Source: Octopus sinensis (Eukaryota). From it: a stretch of 64,000 bases of DNA. The position numbers and the translations under genes were made by a program. Below, in pieces: positions 39,338-52,132 of this stretch. Position 1 is the stretch's first letter; each line of letters begins with the position of its first letter. The stretch lies in the NCBI RefSeq assembly GCF_006345805.1, contig NC_043006.1, forward strand, positions 93,682,001-93,746,000, in the 5' to 3' direction. The notes below the pieces were generated by a model. It made no database searches. It was not told the DNA's origin and saw nothing but the letters and a program-made list of their open reading frames with translations.

Positions 39338-39412
<75 letters not shown>

Positions 39413-39810
39413 CATCGCGATGGTGTGGTTGTGTAGTGTCGATCTGGCGTTTACTATTTCGCCCCCAAGTCAGTCCCGATCAATCAGACAATTGTATACA
39501 GATTATCCAGCGATAATCATCTCCTCTCCTCCTCTGAGTCATAGTGTATCGAGGACTACAACATCCAATGTGTCGTGATTGTTTTGGTTGAAGCCAAGCG
39601 AGCATGATTCGGGGGAAGTCTTGACCCTTCCTGGTCATACAAACTCTAAGAAAAACTCCCAACATCTCTGCACGCCAGTTCATACAACCAGCTTTCTTGC
39701 TGGCATCAGTGTTTGGTGTTAACCGTTATGCTGCTGATGCTGAGGATGATTATGATGATGATGATGGTAACAGTGTCGGCGAAGGTAGTGCCGCTGTTGC
39801 TGTTGCTGTT

Positions 39811-40183
39811 GAGCGAACGGTCTTCGTCCCCGAGCTCGCAAGATGGGAGAAGTCTGAAACGTGGTCCTTTGCTATTCGTAAGACCCGCAGAAGAGAAGGC
39901 AGGTCAACCCCCCCCCCCGACCCCGAGAGCATCGACGGATGGATGAATGCGCATCCAGGCTCAGCGGTTGCGTAGGAAGTCGGGGACAAGAAACAGGAAG
40001 AAAGAGTGAGAGAAAGTTGGAGCGAAAGAGTACAGCAGGGGTTGCCACCCCCAGCCTGCCGGAGCCTCGTGGAGCTTTAGGTGTTTTCGCTCAATAAACA
40101 CACACAACGCCCGGTTTGGGAATCGAAACCGCGATCCTCCGACCGCGAGTCCGCTGCCCTAACCATTGGACCATTGCGCCTCC
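39811..40183 (-). mobile_element. SINE family C, full length
   Basis: GGAGGCGCAATGGTCCAATGGTTAGGGCAGCGGACTCGCGGTCGGAGGATCGCGGTTTCGATTCCC head. Confidence 0.9.
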
Positions 40184-40258
40184 GCTGCCGTTGTTGGTGG
40201 TGTTGGTGTTGGTGGTCATTGTATTAACGATGGTGTTCAGAACGTTGAAGAAGCTTTT

Positions 40259-40259
<1 letters not shown>

Positions 40260-40313
<54 letters not shown>

Positions 40314-40517
40314 ATGATGATGATGATAGTGGTGATGATAGTAGTGGTGATGATGATGGTGGTTGGGATGATGATGAAGATGATGATGATGATGATGATG
40401 ATGGTGATGGTGATGGTATGATGATGATGGTGATGATGATGATAATGATGATGATGATGATGATGATGATGGTGGTGGTGATGATGATGGTGATAGTGAT
40501 GATGGTGATGATGATGG

Positions 40518-40548
<31 letters not shown>

Positions 40549-40583
40549 GACGATGATGACGAAGACTATGATGACGAAGACGG

Positions 40584-40615
<32 letters not shown>

Positions 40616-40625
40616 ACGACGATGA
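40260..40625. repeat. Imperfect (GAT)n microsatellite
   Basis: Direct inspection. Confidence 0.93.
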
Positions 40626-40735
40626 CTAGAGCGACAGCAGTACGGGTGTGGGCAGTATTGTTGTCAGTGTTGTTGTTATTGGTAGTAGAGGGTGGTCGTG
40701 GTTGTAATGGTGGTAGTTGTGATGATATTAGTATT

Positions 40736-40950
40736 AGCTGGCAGAAACGTTAGCACGCCGGCGAAATGCGTAGCCGTATTTCGTCTGCCGTTTGGTTCTG
40801 AGTTCAATTCCGCCGAGGTCGACTTTGCTTTCATCCTTTCGGGTCGATAAATTGGTACCAGTTACTCACTGGGGTCGATGTAATGACTTAATTTGGTTTG
40901 TTGTCCTTGTTTGTTCTCTATGTTTAGCCCCCTGTGGGTAATAAAGAAAG
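40736..40950 (+). mobile_element. SINE family B
   Basis: AGCTGGCAGAAACGTTAGCACG...GTAATAAAGAAA. Confidence 0.85.
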
Positions 40951-41808
40951 AGTATTAGTAGTAGTGGTGGTGGTGGTGGTGATGGAGGCGTGATAGTTGA
41001 ATTGTTACTGTTAATGACGCTTGTGATAACGATAATGTTGCTGTCACCGCTCCTGCTGCAGCAGCTGATGATGACGACGACGACGACGGTGAGGATGCCG
41101 TCAATGCAATTAAAGCTAACTATGATGATAACGATGATAACTTCGATGATCATAACAAATAATAACAAAGGTGATTGATGTAACGGCTGAATAATATGGA
41201 GGTGGTGGCGGTGCTGGTGTTCTTTTTTGTGTGTGACAGAATGTGCGGTGGTTTTGTCTGAGCTTGATGAATGCAAGATGATTGACCGATTTCGAGTGAT
41301 TGATCAAGAGAATTGTAATAGGTATGTAAATGTTGGAGATGAAAGGAAACTGCTTTATGCCCGCCACAAGCAAAATAATAGATACACAATACTAATAATG
41401 TAAATTATGAATTGAGGATGGGCCAGAGTTGGTATCGCTGTGTCGGCAAATTGTAAGGGTGAACAGCTTTCAAATAAACATCAATATGTTTGTTTATTTA
41501 TATATCTATAAATATTTATGTATTTATTATATAAAAAAAAACAATGGTGACAATATACGAGTCCTCATGGGTTGGCGCATGCGAATAGATATAAATTTAC
41601 ACAACATACAAAAGTTCAAAACACAAAAAGAAAGAAAAAGAAAAGGAGAAAAACATACGAAAAATGTTGAATCCAATAAATGAAGATGATTATGATGATG
41701 ATGAGGAGGAGGAGGTTGAGACTGGGTGTAACGGCTGGAGGAAAATATGTATGTATACATATATATATACATATACACACACGCACACACACACACACAC
41801 ATACACAC

Positions 41809-41864
<56 letters not shown>

Positions 41865-41867
41865 TAT

Positions 41868-41932
41868 ATAAAAGGGCTTAGTAAAATAAATTACTTTGCC
41901 GCAAAGTAATTTATTTTACTAAGCCCTTTTAT
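41868..41932. repeat. Perfect 32-bp-arm palindrome with a 1-nt spacer
   Basis: ATAAAAGGGCTTAGTAAAATAAATTACTTTGC-C-GCAAAGTAATTTATTTTACTAAGCCCTTTTAT. Confidence 0.93.
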
Positions 41933-42069
41933 TTTACTAAGCCCTTTTATATATGTAATAATTTGAATTCGCCTTAAATGGTCCCTTTGCATACTGAATA
42001 CTTGGTGAAATTGATTAATTAATTAATTTTACCCTCAATTGTTGAAATTATATATATATATATATATAA

Positions 42070-42277
42070 TATGACCGCGTGTGTACCGTTGGCGATTATT
42101 TCCCTCCATCTTCCTTCTCTGGATCTTTCCTTCTCCTATGTTTCTGACGAAGAGCTCCGCTCGAAACATTAAACCCTCCTTCTTTCCTTCTTTCCTGAGC
42201 GTCCAATAATACTATACTTGTTCCACGTCCTCGCGTTGTTGTGTTTTGTCTTTGTGTTTTCATGTTTGGATTAACTA
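42070..42277 (+). mobile_element. Hammerhead-bearing element, family H2
   Basis: 42140-42174 GUUU-CUGACGA-A-GAGC-UCC-GCUC-GAAA-CA-UU-AAAC. Second copy at 55925-56130. Flanked by (TA)n. Confidence 0.78.
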
Positions 42278-42298
42278 TATATATATATATACATATAT

Positions 42299-42362
<64 letters not shown>

Positions 42363-42523
42363 GAGAGAGAGAGAGAGAGAGAGAAACAGAGACAGACAGA
42401 AAGGCACACAGTTCATGCGAGCGTGTATATGTGTGCAGAGATATGCATTCATTTCTGCTCTGTTTTTGTAAAAAAGTTTCTCTACAATCAACCTTTCCCA
42501 ATATTTTTATCTAACACACACAC

Positions 42524-42555
<32 letters not shown>

Positions 42556-42614
42556 CACACACACATACACACACACACACGCGCGCGCGCACGCGCGCGT
42601 ATGTCATCAAATAA

Positions 42615-42828
42615 GACTGACGCCGTAAGAACACCTGCACTGCTAGAAATAAGAGCTGAAGGGTTCTGTCGCTGCTGTCAACGCACATAAAATTGTATCC
42701 ATACGGGTTGGCAGCGGTCGCACATAACCAGACAGCATGTATGGATCCAATTTTATGTACGTTGATAGCATCAACAGAACCTTTCAGCTCTTATTTCTAG
42801 CAGTGCAGGTGTTCTTACATCCCCAGTC
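42615..42828. repeat. Inverted repeat with 80-bp arms (6 differences) and a 34-nt loop
   Basis: Arms 42625-42704 and 42739-42818, with an outer GACTG/CAGTC extension. Confidence 0.93.
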
Positions 42829-43284
42829 ATTTTTTTGCCTTTCGTAGTTTGCAGCTGCAACTCTCAGTCAAAGGCTCCTTCGGGCATCCAGCTATCACGT
42901 TCAATAACTTCAAACTTATGCACAAGTTGAACCATTTTTGGTTCCAGAGAATAAAAATCTCTTAAACAGGGATTAAATAATTCTTGACATCTGACTTGGG
43001 AGGAATGGTTTTCCGTAATGCTACTACTAGTATAAGTAACGCCGTTTTGAAGAAGCTAATTTCAGTAAAATGTTCTTTCACTTAACGAAATATCCACTGC
43101 ATGTTACCTGGAAATGCAGCAATTTTGCCCATATATGATAGGACTTCTGTCACTCTCCTCCCTCTCTTCGTTTTTTTTTGTGTGTGTGTGCTGACACTCA
43201 ATATCACACATTATGACAATCCAGTGTACCATACTGGAAACAGAAGATCTGAAGAAGGAGAGATTCTGAGGTAGGCCAAAGTGA

Positions 43285-45076
43285 GTGCTCATCATGTAGT
43301 GTTCTACATCCTTACTACCAAAACCTGACATCTGGTAGTGTGCCCTGCTTACTTTAAAAAGTGATATCGTGTTATGTTCCATCCTTGCTACCAAAATGTG
43401 AGATCTTGTAATGTGCCATCATCACCGCCAAAGTATGTCATTGTGTAGTGTGCCATCCTTACTACTAGAATCTGACTTCGTGTAGTATACAATTGTTACT
43501 ACCAAAAAGTGACATCGCGTAGTGTGTCATTCTTACTACCACCAAGTGACATCGTGTAGTGTGCGATCAGTATTCCCAAAATGTGCCATCGTGTTGTTTG
43601 CCATCCCTACTTCCTAAAAGTGACATCATGTAGTGTTCTATCCTTACTACTTAAAAGTTCATCGTGGTGTGTGCCATCCTTACTACCAAAATGTGCCATC
43701 GAGTAGTATGCCATCCTTACATTGATAATGTGACATCTTATAGTTTACCATCCTTATTACCATAATGTTTCATCGTGTAGTGTACCATCCTTACTACCAA
43801 AATTACATCGTGTATTGCACCATCCTTACTACAAAAAGTTACATGATGTAGTGTGCCATCCTTACTCCTAAAATGTGACCTCGTGTAGTGTGCCGTCCTT
43901 ACCACCAAAGAATGACATCTTGTAGTGTAGCATCCTTACTACCAAATTGTGACATCCTGTAGTATGCTACCTTTAAAACCTAAAAGTGAAATTGTGTAGT
44001 GTGCCATCCTTATTCACAAAATGTGACATTGTATGGTTTGCCATCATTACTACCAAAAAGCGACATCGTGTAGTGTACCATCCTTGCTACCAAGATGTAA
44101 ATTCATGTAGTGTGTCATCCTTACTCCTAAAATCTGACATCATGTTGTGTTCCATACATTGTGTTGCATACCATTCTTACTACCAAACAGTGACATGGTA
44201 TAGTGTGTCATCCTCACTTCTAAAGTGTGACTTGTGTAGTGTGCTATCCTTACTACCAAAAATTTAGATCGTGTAGTGTTCCATCCTTACTCAAAAAATG
44301 TGACATCTTTTAGCGTACCATCCTTAGTAGCAAAATTGGCACGCGTAGTGTGCCTGCCTTACTACCAAAATGTGGCACTTTTTAGTGTTCCATCCTTACT
44401 ACCAAAATGTGTCATCGTGTATTGCGCCAGTTTTACTATTAAAAAGTGACAATGTGTAGTGTGACGTCCTTACTACCGAAAAGTGAGCTCGTGTAGTGTG
44501 CCATCTTTACTACCAAAAATGTGACATCTTTTAGTGTGCATCGCTTACTATCAAAATGTGATATCGTGTAGTGTGCTATCCTTACTACCAAAAAGTAGCA
44601 TTGTGTAGTGTGCCATCCTTACTCCTAAAATCTGACATCATGTTGTGTTCCATACATTGTGTTGCATACCATTCTTACTACCAAACAGTGACATGGTATA
44701 GTGTGTCATCCTCACTTCTAAAGTGTGACTTGTGTATTGTGCTATCCTTACAACCAAAAAGTGACATCGTGTAGTGTGCCATCCTTACTGCTAAAATGTG
44801 GTATCGTGTAGTGTACTATCCGAAGTACCAAAATGTTAGATCGTGTAGTGTGCCATCCTTTCTACCAAAAGTTTACATCTTGTAGCGAACCATCCTTAGC
44901 TCTAAAAAGTGACATCGTGTATGTTACCATCCGCACTCCTTACCACCAAAGAATGTCAACGCGTAGTGCACCATCTTTACTACTAAAATATGTCATATTT
45001 TAGTGTTCCATCCCTAGTACCAAAATGTGATATCAGTAGTGTGCCACCCTCACTATCAAAAAGTGACATTGTGTAG
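43285..45076. repeat. 37-bp minisatellite array, roughly 48 diverged units
   Basis: Consensus GTGACATCGTGTAGTGTGCCATCCTTACTACCAAAAW repeated head-to-tail without spacers. Confidence 0.95.
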
Positions 45077-45632
45077 GATATTAACGTTTCCAAACCAATC
45101 CAAATGACACAAGTCAGCTGACGCCTAATTTAATGTTCTCGATGCAATCAACCAACTATTAAACTTTCTCATTTCTCTTCAATCACAGTCTGCGACACAC
45201 ATCATTGCAAGAGTGGTAGCACTGCTTATGTTGCGATGATATTTGGATCCATCAAATCTCTTTAAAGATCCACGATTAGTATCCACAGCGCGATCGAAAC
45301 CATCATTATTTTCCTACTTTTTATGCCACGTATTTTCATAACCCACCAGAGATACGACTTGAGTTCACGGGCCTTTAGATTCTTGTGATACCGTATTTAT
45401 CTATGACATTTAGTAAGTTTTATGAACAGTCCCTCCAGGTTGCTGGAATTAAACAAGTAAGTCTGTTTCCCTTAGAATCAGCTCACGTGATAAGGCAAGC
45501 AAGACTGTTTATCTGTGTGCACTGAACATCAGAACCAGAAATGTTTTCTTCCACGGTGTTGTAGTTAAATAAAATACTCTACACGCTTTAGCTTCGTTAC
45601 TATGGCAACAATCCGGATATTTATTGATCAGA

Positions 45633-45703
<71 letters not shown>

Positions 45704-45749
45704 GTATATGTGTGTATGCAAGCATGTATATATGTGCGTGTGTGTGTTT

Positions 45750-45939
45750 ATCCCTCAAACGTTGCTTGATAACTAATGCTGGTGTGTTTACGACCCCGTA
45801 ACTTAGCGGTTTGGTGAAGTGTGCGATAGAATAAGTACTAGGCTAACAAAGAATAAGTCCTGGGGCTGGATTTGCACGACTAAAGGCGGTGCTACAGCAT
45901 GGCCGTAGTCAAATGACTGAAACCAGTAAAAGAATAAAA

Positions 45940-45942
<3 letters not shown>
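45750..45942 (+). mobile_element. SINE family A, 3' half
   Basis: CGATAGAATAAGTACTAGGC...CAAATGACTGAAACCAGTAAAAGAATAAAAG. Confidence 0.85.
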
Positions 45943-45969
<27 letters not shown>

Positions 45970-45970
<1 letters not shown>

Positions 45971-46768
45971 CTAGTTGACGTACCCGTTAATTCCCGGAAA
46001 AGCGGGGCTCATTCCTTGGTTCCGTTCTCATAATGTTTTCGCTAATCCAGTAACAACAATACAAAGTATGTAAGACGGTTTTGTGCATTTACAGAGAATA
46101 CCGAACTGTCGTACACAGGATCTTGTTTTTAGGAATTCCCAATAAGTCATGAATACCCAAATTGTGAAGTCACTTCTGTAATAACAAGAAATTAGTTTCC
46201 TGATAGTAAGAATTCAAATAAAGTAGCACCGAAAAGGGCTTTAATGCTTCCCCAGAGAATATAGAACTTAGGAGGAAATACTAATAAGTTATGTATACTA
46301 AAATCGTGAAGCATGCTACGTAATAACAGGCTAATCAGATATGAGAAAATAACAATTCAAAATAAATAACTCTGAAAAGGTCTATTGTGCGTTTACAAGA
46401 AATATTGCCCTCAGGAGCACTAGTGTTGATATATTCGTGAGTAAGACACTAACCGAAATAAGTGGATCTATTGTTTAGAAAAATACTATTAACTTGTTTA
46501 AGGGTTGTACTGGATAACTTTCGAAAATAACTCTAACAGTTCAAATGCTAAGAAATAAGCATATTCAATTTCATTTTAACCAAATAATTTAGGAAAATGA
46601 ATGGGATATTTCACTTGGCTATATATAAGGATCCCTTCCAGGGGCCCTATTATCGATTTTTTTTTTCAATAATCTGAGTATGCAATGAGGTTTCCGGACA
46701 TGAGTTCTACTCACGGGTCAAGTTTCATTGTTTTATCAATTTTGATGAAACTTGACCCGTGAGTAGAA
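45970..46768 (+). mobile_element. Possible Helentron/Helitron-derived non-autonomous element with degenerate internal ~143-bp repeats and a terminal hairpin
   Basis: ACTAG..ACCCG..CCCGG start within TA context. Internal similarity between 46151-46247 and 46293-46390. 24-bp inverted repeat at 46705-46768. Confidence 0.4.
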
Positions 46769-46866
46769 TATATACATATACATGCATACATACATACATA
46801 AATATATGCATACACAAATACATACACACACACTTATACACACACATACACATATATATACATATA

Positions 46867-47007
46867 TACGACAGGCTTCTTTCAGTTTCCGTCTACCAAA
46901 TCCACCCACAAGGCCTTGGTCGGCTCGAAGCTATAGTAGAAGACACTTGCCCAAGGCGCCATGCGGTTGGTAAGCAAGCTATTTACCACACAGCCACTCC
47001 TACGCCC
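46867..47007 (-). mobile_element. SINE family A, 5' half
   Basis: TACGACAGGCTTCTTTCAGTTTCCGTCTACC...CAGCCACTCC. Confidence 0.85.
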
Positions 47008-47700
47008 ATATATATATATATATATCTGTATCTATTTATATCTATATCTATCTATCTATCTATCTATATATATATATATATATATATATACATACAGACA
47101 GACATACACATACACACATGCACACTCATACACTTTCCATCTGTCTCTCTCTCTCATGCACACACACACACACAGCACACACACACACACACACACAGAA
47201 CACACACTAAATGTACGTGCACAGTTAGGACACACAAGATTGTAAAGATTAAATACACTACAACTCACGCTTTATGTACAGCTGAAAAGAAATTGCTGAA
47301 AACGAGCGCTGCCCCTTACATAATAACGGAATATTTATTAAAATCCTCATTTACACGGTTAAATGAATATACACACCAGTTCTTACACCTATATCACATC
47401 TAGATATACGTAGAACAAGCTGCTGGCCGTCAATCCAGAGCGATGTTTATGATAATGATAAATATTTATGTATCTCATAAAACCCAAGGTACGCTTTATT
47501 AAACTGATACACTGTGACATCCAAGTGACTCCCACCAAAACCTTTTTTAAAGTATTGTGTATGCTTGTATGTGTGTGTACGCGTGTTGGTGGATATGCAT
47601 GCATGGACTTTGTATATATATATATATATATCCTGAGCGTTATACTAATACATCTGTTTGTTTTCTATACCACATGTCTTCGTTTTTTTTTTTTGAATCT

Positions 47701-47776
<76 letters not shown>

Positions 47777-47799
47777 CATACATAAATATACATATATAT

Positions 47800-48178
47800 C
47801 TTTACTCTTTTACTTGTTCCAGTCATTTGACTGCGGCCATGCTGGAGCACCGCTTTAGTCCACCAAATCGACCTCAGGACTTATTCTTTGTAAGCCTAGT
47901 ACTTATTCAATTGGTCTCTTTTGCCGAACCTCTAAGTTACGGGGACGTAAACACACCAGCATCGGTTGTCAAACGATGTTGGGGTACAAACATAGATATA
48001 TGCATACACATATACGACAGGGCTCTTTCAGTTTTTGTCTACCAATTCCACTGATAAGTCTTCGGTCGGCCCGAGGCTATAGTAGAAAACACTTGCCCAA
48101 GGTTCCACGCAGTGGAACTGAACGCGGAGCCATATGTTGGTAAGCAAGCTACTTACCACACAGCCACTCCTGCGCCTA
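47800..48178 (-). mobile_element. SINE family A, full length
   Basis: Reverse complement of the 1882-2286 consensus. Confidence 0.9.
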
Positions 48179-48364
48179 TTCACAGTGATTCCTGCGCCCA
48201 TATATATATATATACGGATTATATTATAGGACACATAATATATATACATATATATACATATACATATACAAACACACACACACACGCACACACACACACA
48301 ACCCTCACATATATATGTTTGTATATATGTGTGTGTGTGTTCTGTGTGTGTGTGCGTGTGTATG

Positions 48365-48733
48365 TGAAGGCGCATGGCTCAGTGGTTAGAGCGTCGAGCT
48401 TACGATCGTGAGGTTGTGACTCGATCCTGGATCGGGCTGCGTGTTGTGTTCTTGAGCAAGACACTTTATTTCACATTGCTCTAGTTTATTCAGCTGTAGA
48501 AATGAGTTGCGACGTCACAAGTGCCAGGCTGTATCAGCCTTTACCTTTCCCTTGGATAACATCAGTGGTGTGGAGAGGGGAGCCTGGTACGAATGGTAGC
48601 CTGGTATGAATGGGAGCCTTGTATGAATGGGCGACTGCTGGTCTTCCATAAAACACCCTTGCCCGGACTTATGGCTGTGAGGGTAACCTTATAGGTGCAA
48701 TCCCATTGTCAGTCATGACCGGAGGGGGTCTCA
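48365..48733 (+). mobile_element. SINE family D (tRNA-derived), with an internal 17-bp triplication
   Basis: TGAAGGCGCATGGCTCAGTGGTTAGAGCG head, GTTGTGTTCTTGAGCAAGACACTTTATTTCAC core, GGGAGCCTGGTACGAAT-like unit three times at ~48578-48630. Confidence 0.85.
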
Positions 48734-50094
48734 ATATATATATATACAACACACATACATTGATCTACTCTACGTTTTAGTCTGGGCTTCTGGGCAGCAT
48801 TCAATGAACCGATCCCTATAGTATATATTTAGACACAATAAGCGACAACAAGCATGCACAGATCAAAATTAAGCCCCTAGATCTACGACTTTCTCGATCA
48901 CCTGCTCAGTGTGCCTATGTCTTAAGGGTTGTATCCCTCTCAGATCGCATAGGAGTCCAGGGAACCAGTCAACGCTAGGAGTTTAATGTGATTAGTAATT
49001 ATAACCGAAACTAACCTAAATTTTGTTACCATGGAAGAGAACATTTGGTTATTGTAATATAAGGTTGATTATATTTGATGTGAAAGCAGATGGTTGCGGT
49101 TAGAGCAAGTTTGATCAAAGATCGTCTCATTCGAAGATCATTATCTTCTCCCACAACATCTTAACAACCACCACCACCTCAACAACAACAACAACACCAG
49201 TACCACCACCACCACCACCATCATTCTCTGAAGGTGTTAGAGCGCGCGCTCGTATCTAAAAGTAATTTCACAATTCATAAAAGCCTTTCTTTACTAGAAA
49301 AAGCTCACTCGTGCACTTTAGATACGCGCAAATGAACAATGAATACGCATGCTCTTTTAACATACACACTCCAGTCATGTATGTATGTATGTATGTATGT
49401 ATGTATGTATGTATACACACACGCATGCAGACATACACACACATAGATACATACATGCATACATACATATTTATATACTTGCGTACAGATATAGATATGG
49501 ATATACATACATATCTATACACACACACACACACACATACACACACACTCACGATTATCTAAAGTTATAAATCCCTGTATATATGCACGTGCCTGCATAA
49601 GTATTTGATTATCTAAGATTGTGTGTATACATGTATACTTGAACACAGTGATATACATATCTGTATATATATGTACATATATGTATATATATACTTTCAT
49701 ATATATATATATATATATAATTTATTATATAGAAGGAGCTTCTACAGGACTAGAACTGTTTCATTCATAATATACATAAATATATCTATATATGCACACG
49801 CGCACGCATAAACACGACACGCCCAGAGTGTATAAAATAAATAAATAGATACACATATACAGATAGGCATGATTATACATACATATGCATGCAAATGCAT
49901 GTCTTAAAACACGTACATGTCATACACATGCGTGCATGCAACATGCATACCTATGCAGACACGAATGTACAGACAAAACCCAAACTCAACGATCCACTCA
50001 TAACAGTACAAAAACACACAAAAAAATTTAATTACAGACGAAAATAGAAACCTGCATCGATACACATATAAAAAGACACACAGACACACACTTG

Positions 50095-50402
50095 AAGTAG
50101 CTAAAATTTATTGTGGGAGACGAATATTGAATAAAGCTTGTATTACATGGAGCGGATGAAAAAATCTATATGAATGGGGAACGCAAACTGTCGACAAGGT
50201 TTTAAAAGATACATACATATAAGTTCAGGTTTATACCTGTAATTATCGGGAACCCTGGTATATAACGCATTGCTTAAATACCAATCTTGAGAAATTAAGC
50301 TTCTCAAAACCAGAAACGAGAAAGCTAATTCGAAGACTACAGATCTAGTCCATCACTGGAACTGTAAAAATCTGTAAAACTTTCCAGACGTTTATCATGC
50401 AA
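50095..50402 (+). mobile_element. 3' fragment of an RLE-type non-LTR retrotransposon
   Basis: YKFRFIPVIIG.....LNTNLEKLSF...KLIRRLQI*SITGTVKICKTF, then (TA)n. Confidence 0.55.
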
Positions 50403-50427
50403 GTATATATATATATATATATAATAT

Positions 50428-50484
<57 letters not shown>

Positions 50485-50649
50485 TATATATATGTATATA
50501 TATGTATATATTATGTGCTTCGACTACAGCCTTAGAGCATTTTAGCTCTTACTTTTAGCAATGCAGGCATTTCTAACACCCTTGTCACATTTAATGATGA
50601 ATTTAGTTTTCCTTGGTAAAACATTGCAAACTGCTGTCTAAATTACTTT

Positions 50650-50699
<50 letters not shown>

Positions 50700-50702
50700 T
50701 CT

Positions 50703-51216
50703 ATTTTTTTCCTTTGTTCGTTTCACCCACATAGCCCTGATCATGCTGGAACACCAAGGTGGTTTTGAATTTGTACCTATCCTTTGTACTTTGTCTGATT
50801 TTTTCATTGTGGAGCGATTCATGTCACCACACCTGTGCGTGCTATTCCTTCGGCTGTTGGCTCATTTGGTGTATGGGGGAGTTTTACACAGCTGCCCTCA
50901 TCTGCACGCCATACAGGGCCATTGTTTTATCCAGTGCTGTGGAGAGGAAAATGTCCATTTGCTCTTTGAAAACATTTACGTCCACATTGTGTAGGTTCCT
51001 TAATTTTTGCGGCAGGGCATTCAAGAACTTTGTCCTTTAAACGCTAAGCGACTGTAATGTCTAGTCCTAATGGAGAAGACGCCACCTTTGGTACAATAAA
51101 ATGGCGCCCAGTTCGGGCATTTGTAAAGCACTCAAGCACTCAAAGCCGAAATTTGGGTATTTGTCCTTCCAGAATTATCTCGTATTTATATAATTAAATA
51201 ACTCTCGCCTCTTCAG
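50703..51216 (-). mobile_element. CR1-group LINE 3' fragment
   Basis: ILEG..PNFG, LNALPQKLRNLHNVDVNVFK...MRAAV, tail GGTGTTCCAGCATG...GAAAC. Confidence 0.8.
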
Positions 51217-51225
51217 GTATGTGTA

Positions 51226-51277
<52 letters not shown>

Positions 51278-51309
51278 CATACATACATACATACATACAT
51301 ACATACATA

Positions 51310-51770
51310 CAGGGGTTGGACAAAATAATGGAAACGCCTAGCATCATAGCGTCATAATTTTGAAATATCTATAAAACCGTCAAAAGTTTGTTTATTTTTA
51401 TGTTTTTGATTTATTTTTAGTGTTGCTTAATATGTTTTGCTAAAATTGCTGTTTCTTTTCAGATATCATCAGAATCTTCAAAGAGATCAAATTGTTGGTA
51501 CTCGTATAGCAGGCGCTAGCGTAACGAAAACAGTCGAAATATTTGGCGTATAAAGAAGTACTGTCTTGAATTAATTACAGCCTTTGAAAAAGCGGGGTAA
51601 AAAAAACTCTTTATCGAGACAAAACTGCGGATGAAAACCAAAACTTTCAGATAGGGGCCGTCGGACTCTTACGCGAATTGTTAGAAAGGATCACAAAATT
51701 ACAGGTCTCAAAATTTACTGCAGAGCTTAATGACCATTCGGGAACCCAGTTTCCACGAAAACGGTTCGCC
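51310..51770 (+). mobile_element. Tc1-like transposon 5' remnant
   Basis: TA-CAGGGGTTGGACAAAATAATGGAAAC terminus. QRDQIVG.R.AGASVTKT.E.FGV.RSTV...CG.KPKLSDR.RRTL.RIVRKDH paired-like HTH region. Confidence 0.85.
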
Positions 51771-52132
51771 TATCTTCAGTCCATTGCAAGACGGGTTCAA
51801 CATTTTGTCTCAATTCGACCACGGTCTGATATAGAGGCTGTGAATCTGGGCTCGACATCATACTGGTTTAATGAGCCTACTCTGCAACGCTGGCTCGACA
51901 TGGCTTGGCAGAGGAGTGCAGTTTTATACACTTACCCAGGACTACGTATAGGAATGGTGATGTAAACTCTGAAAGCTCTGAGGAAATCAGCCGAAGGAGA
52001 ATCTTAGGTGGAAGGGCAAAACCATGCATGTGCTCCAGCATGTCTGCAGCCGCATGGTTGTAACGAATAAAAGAATATACATATATATATATGGATATCC
52101 TTGTTGCTTATTTTGATTATATATATATATAG

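Noticed and set aside
40105-40183. tRNA gene candidates at SINE heads (also 48365-48440 and 19130-19192)
   Set aside because: A and B boxes are present but there is no complete cloverleaf. The first two continue into multi-copy SINE bodies and the third is truncated at the B box.
40116-40753. 195-aa acidic/Met-rich ORF
   Set aside because: (GAT)n microsatellite joined to SINE sequence.
43986-44774. Cys/His-containing ORFs in the array (possible zinc fingers)
   Set aside because: They arise from a 37-nt unit cycling through frames, have frequent stops, and lack C2H2 spacing or TGEKP linkers.
43285-45076. CRISPR-like appearance of the 37-bp repeat
   Set aside because: Units abut without unique spacers and are diverged, no cas genes are present, and the context is eukaryotic.
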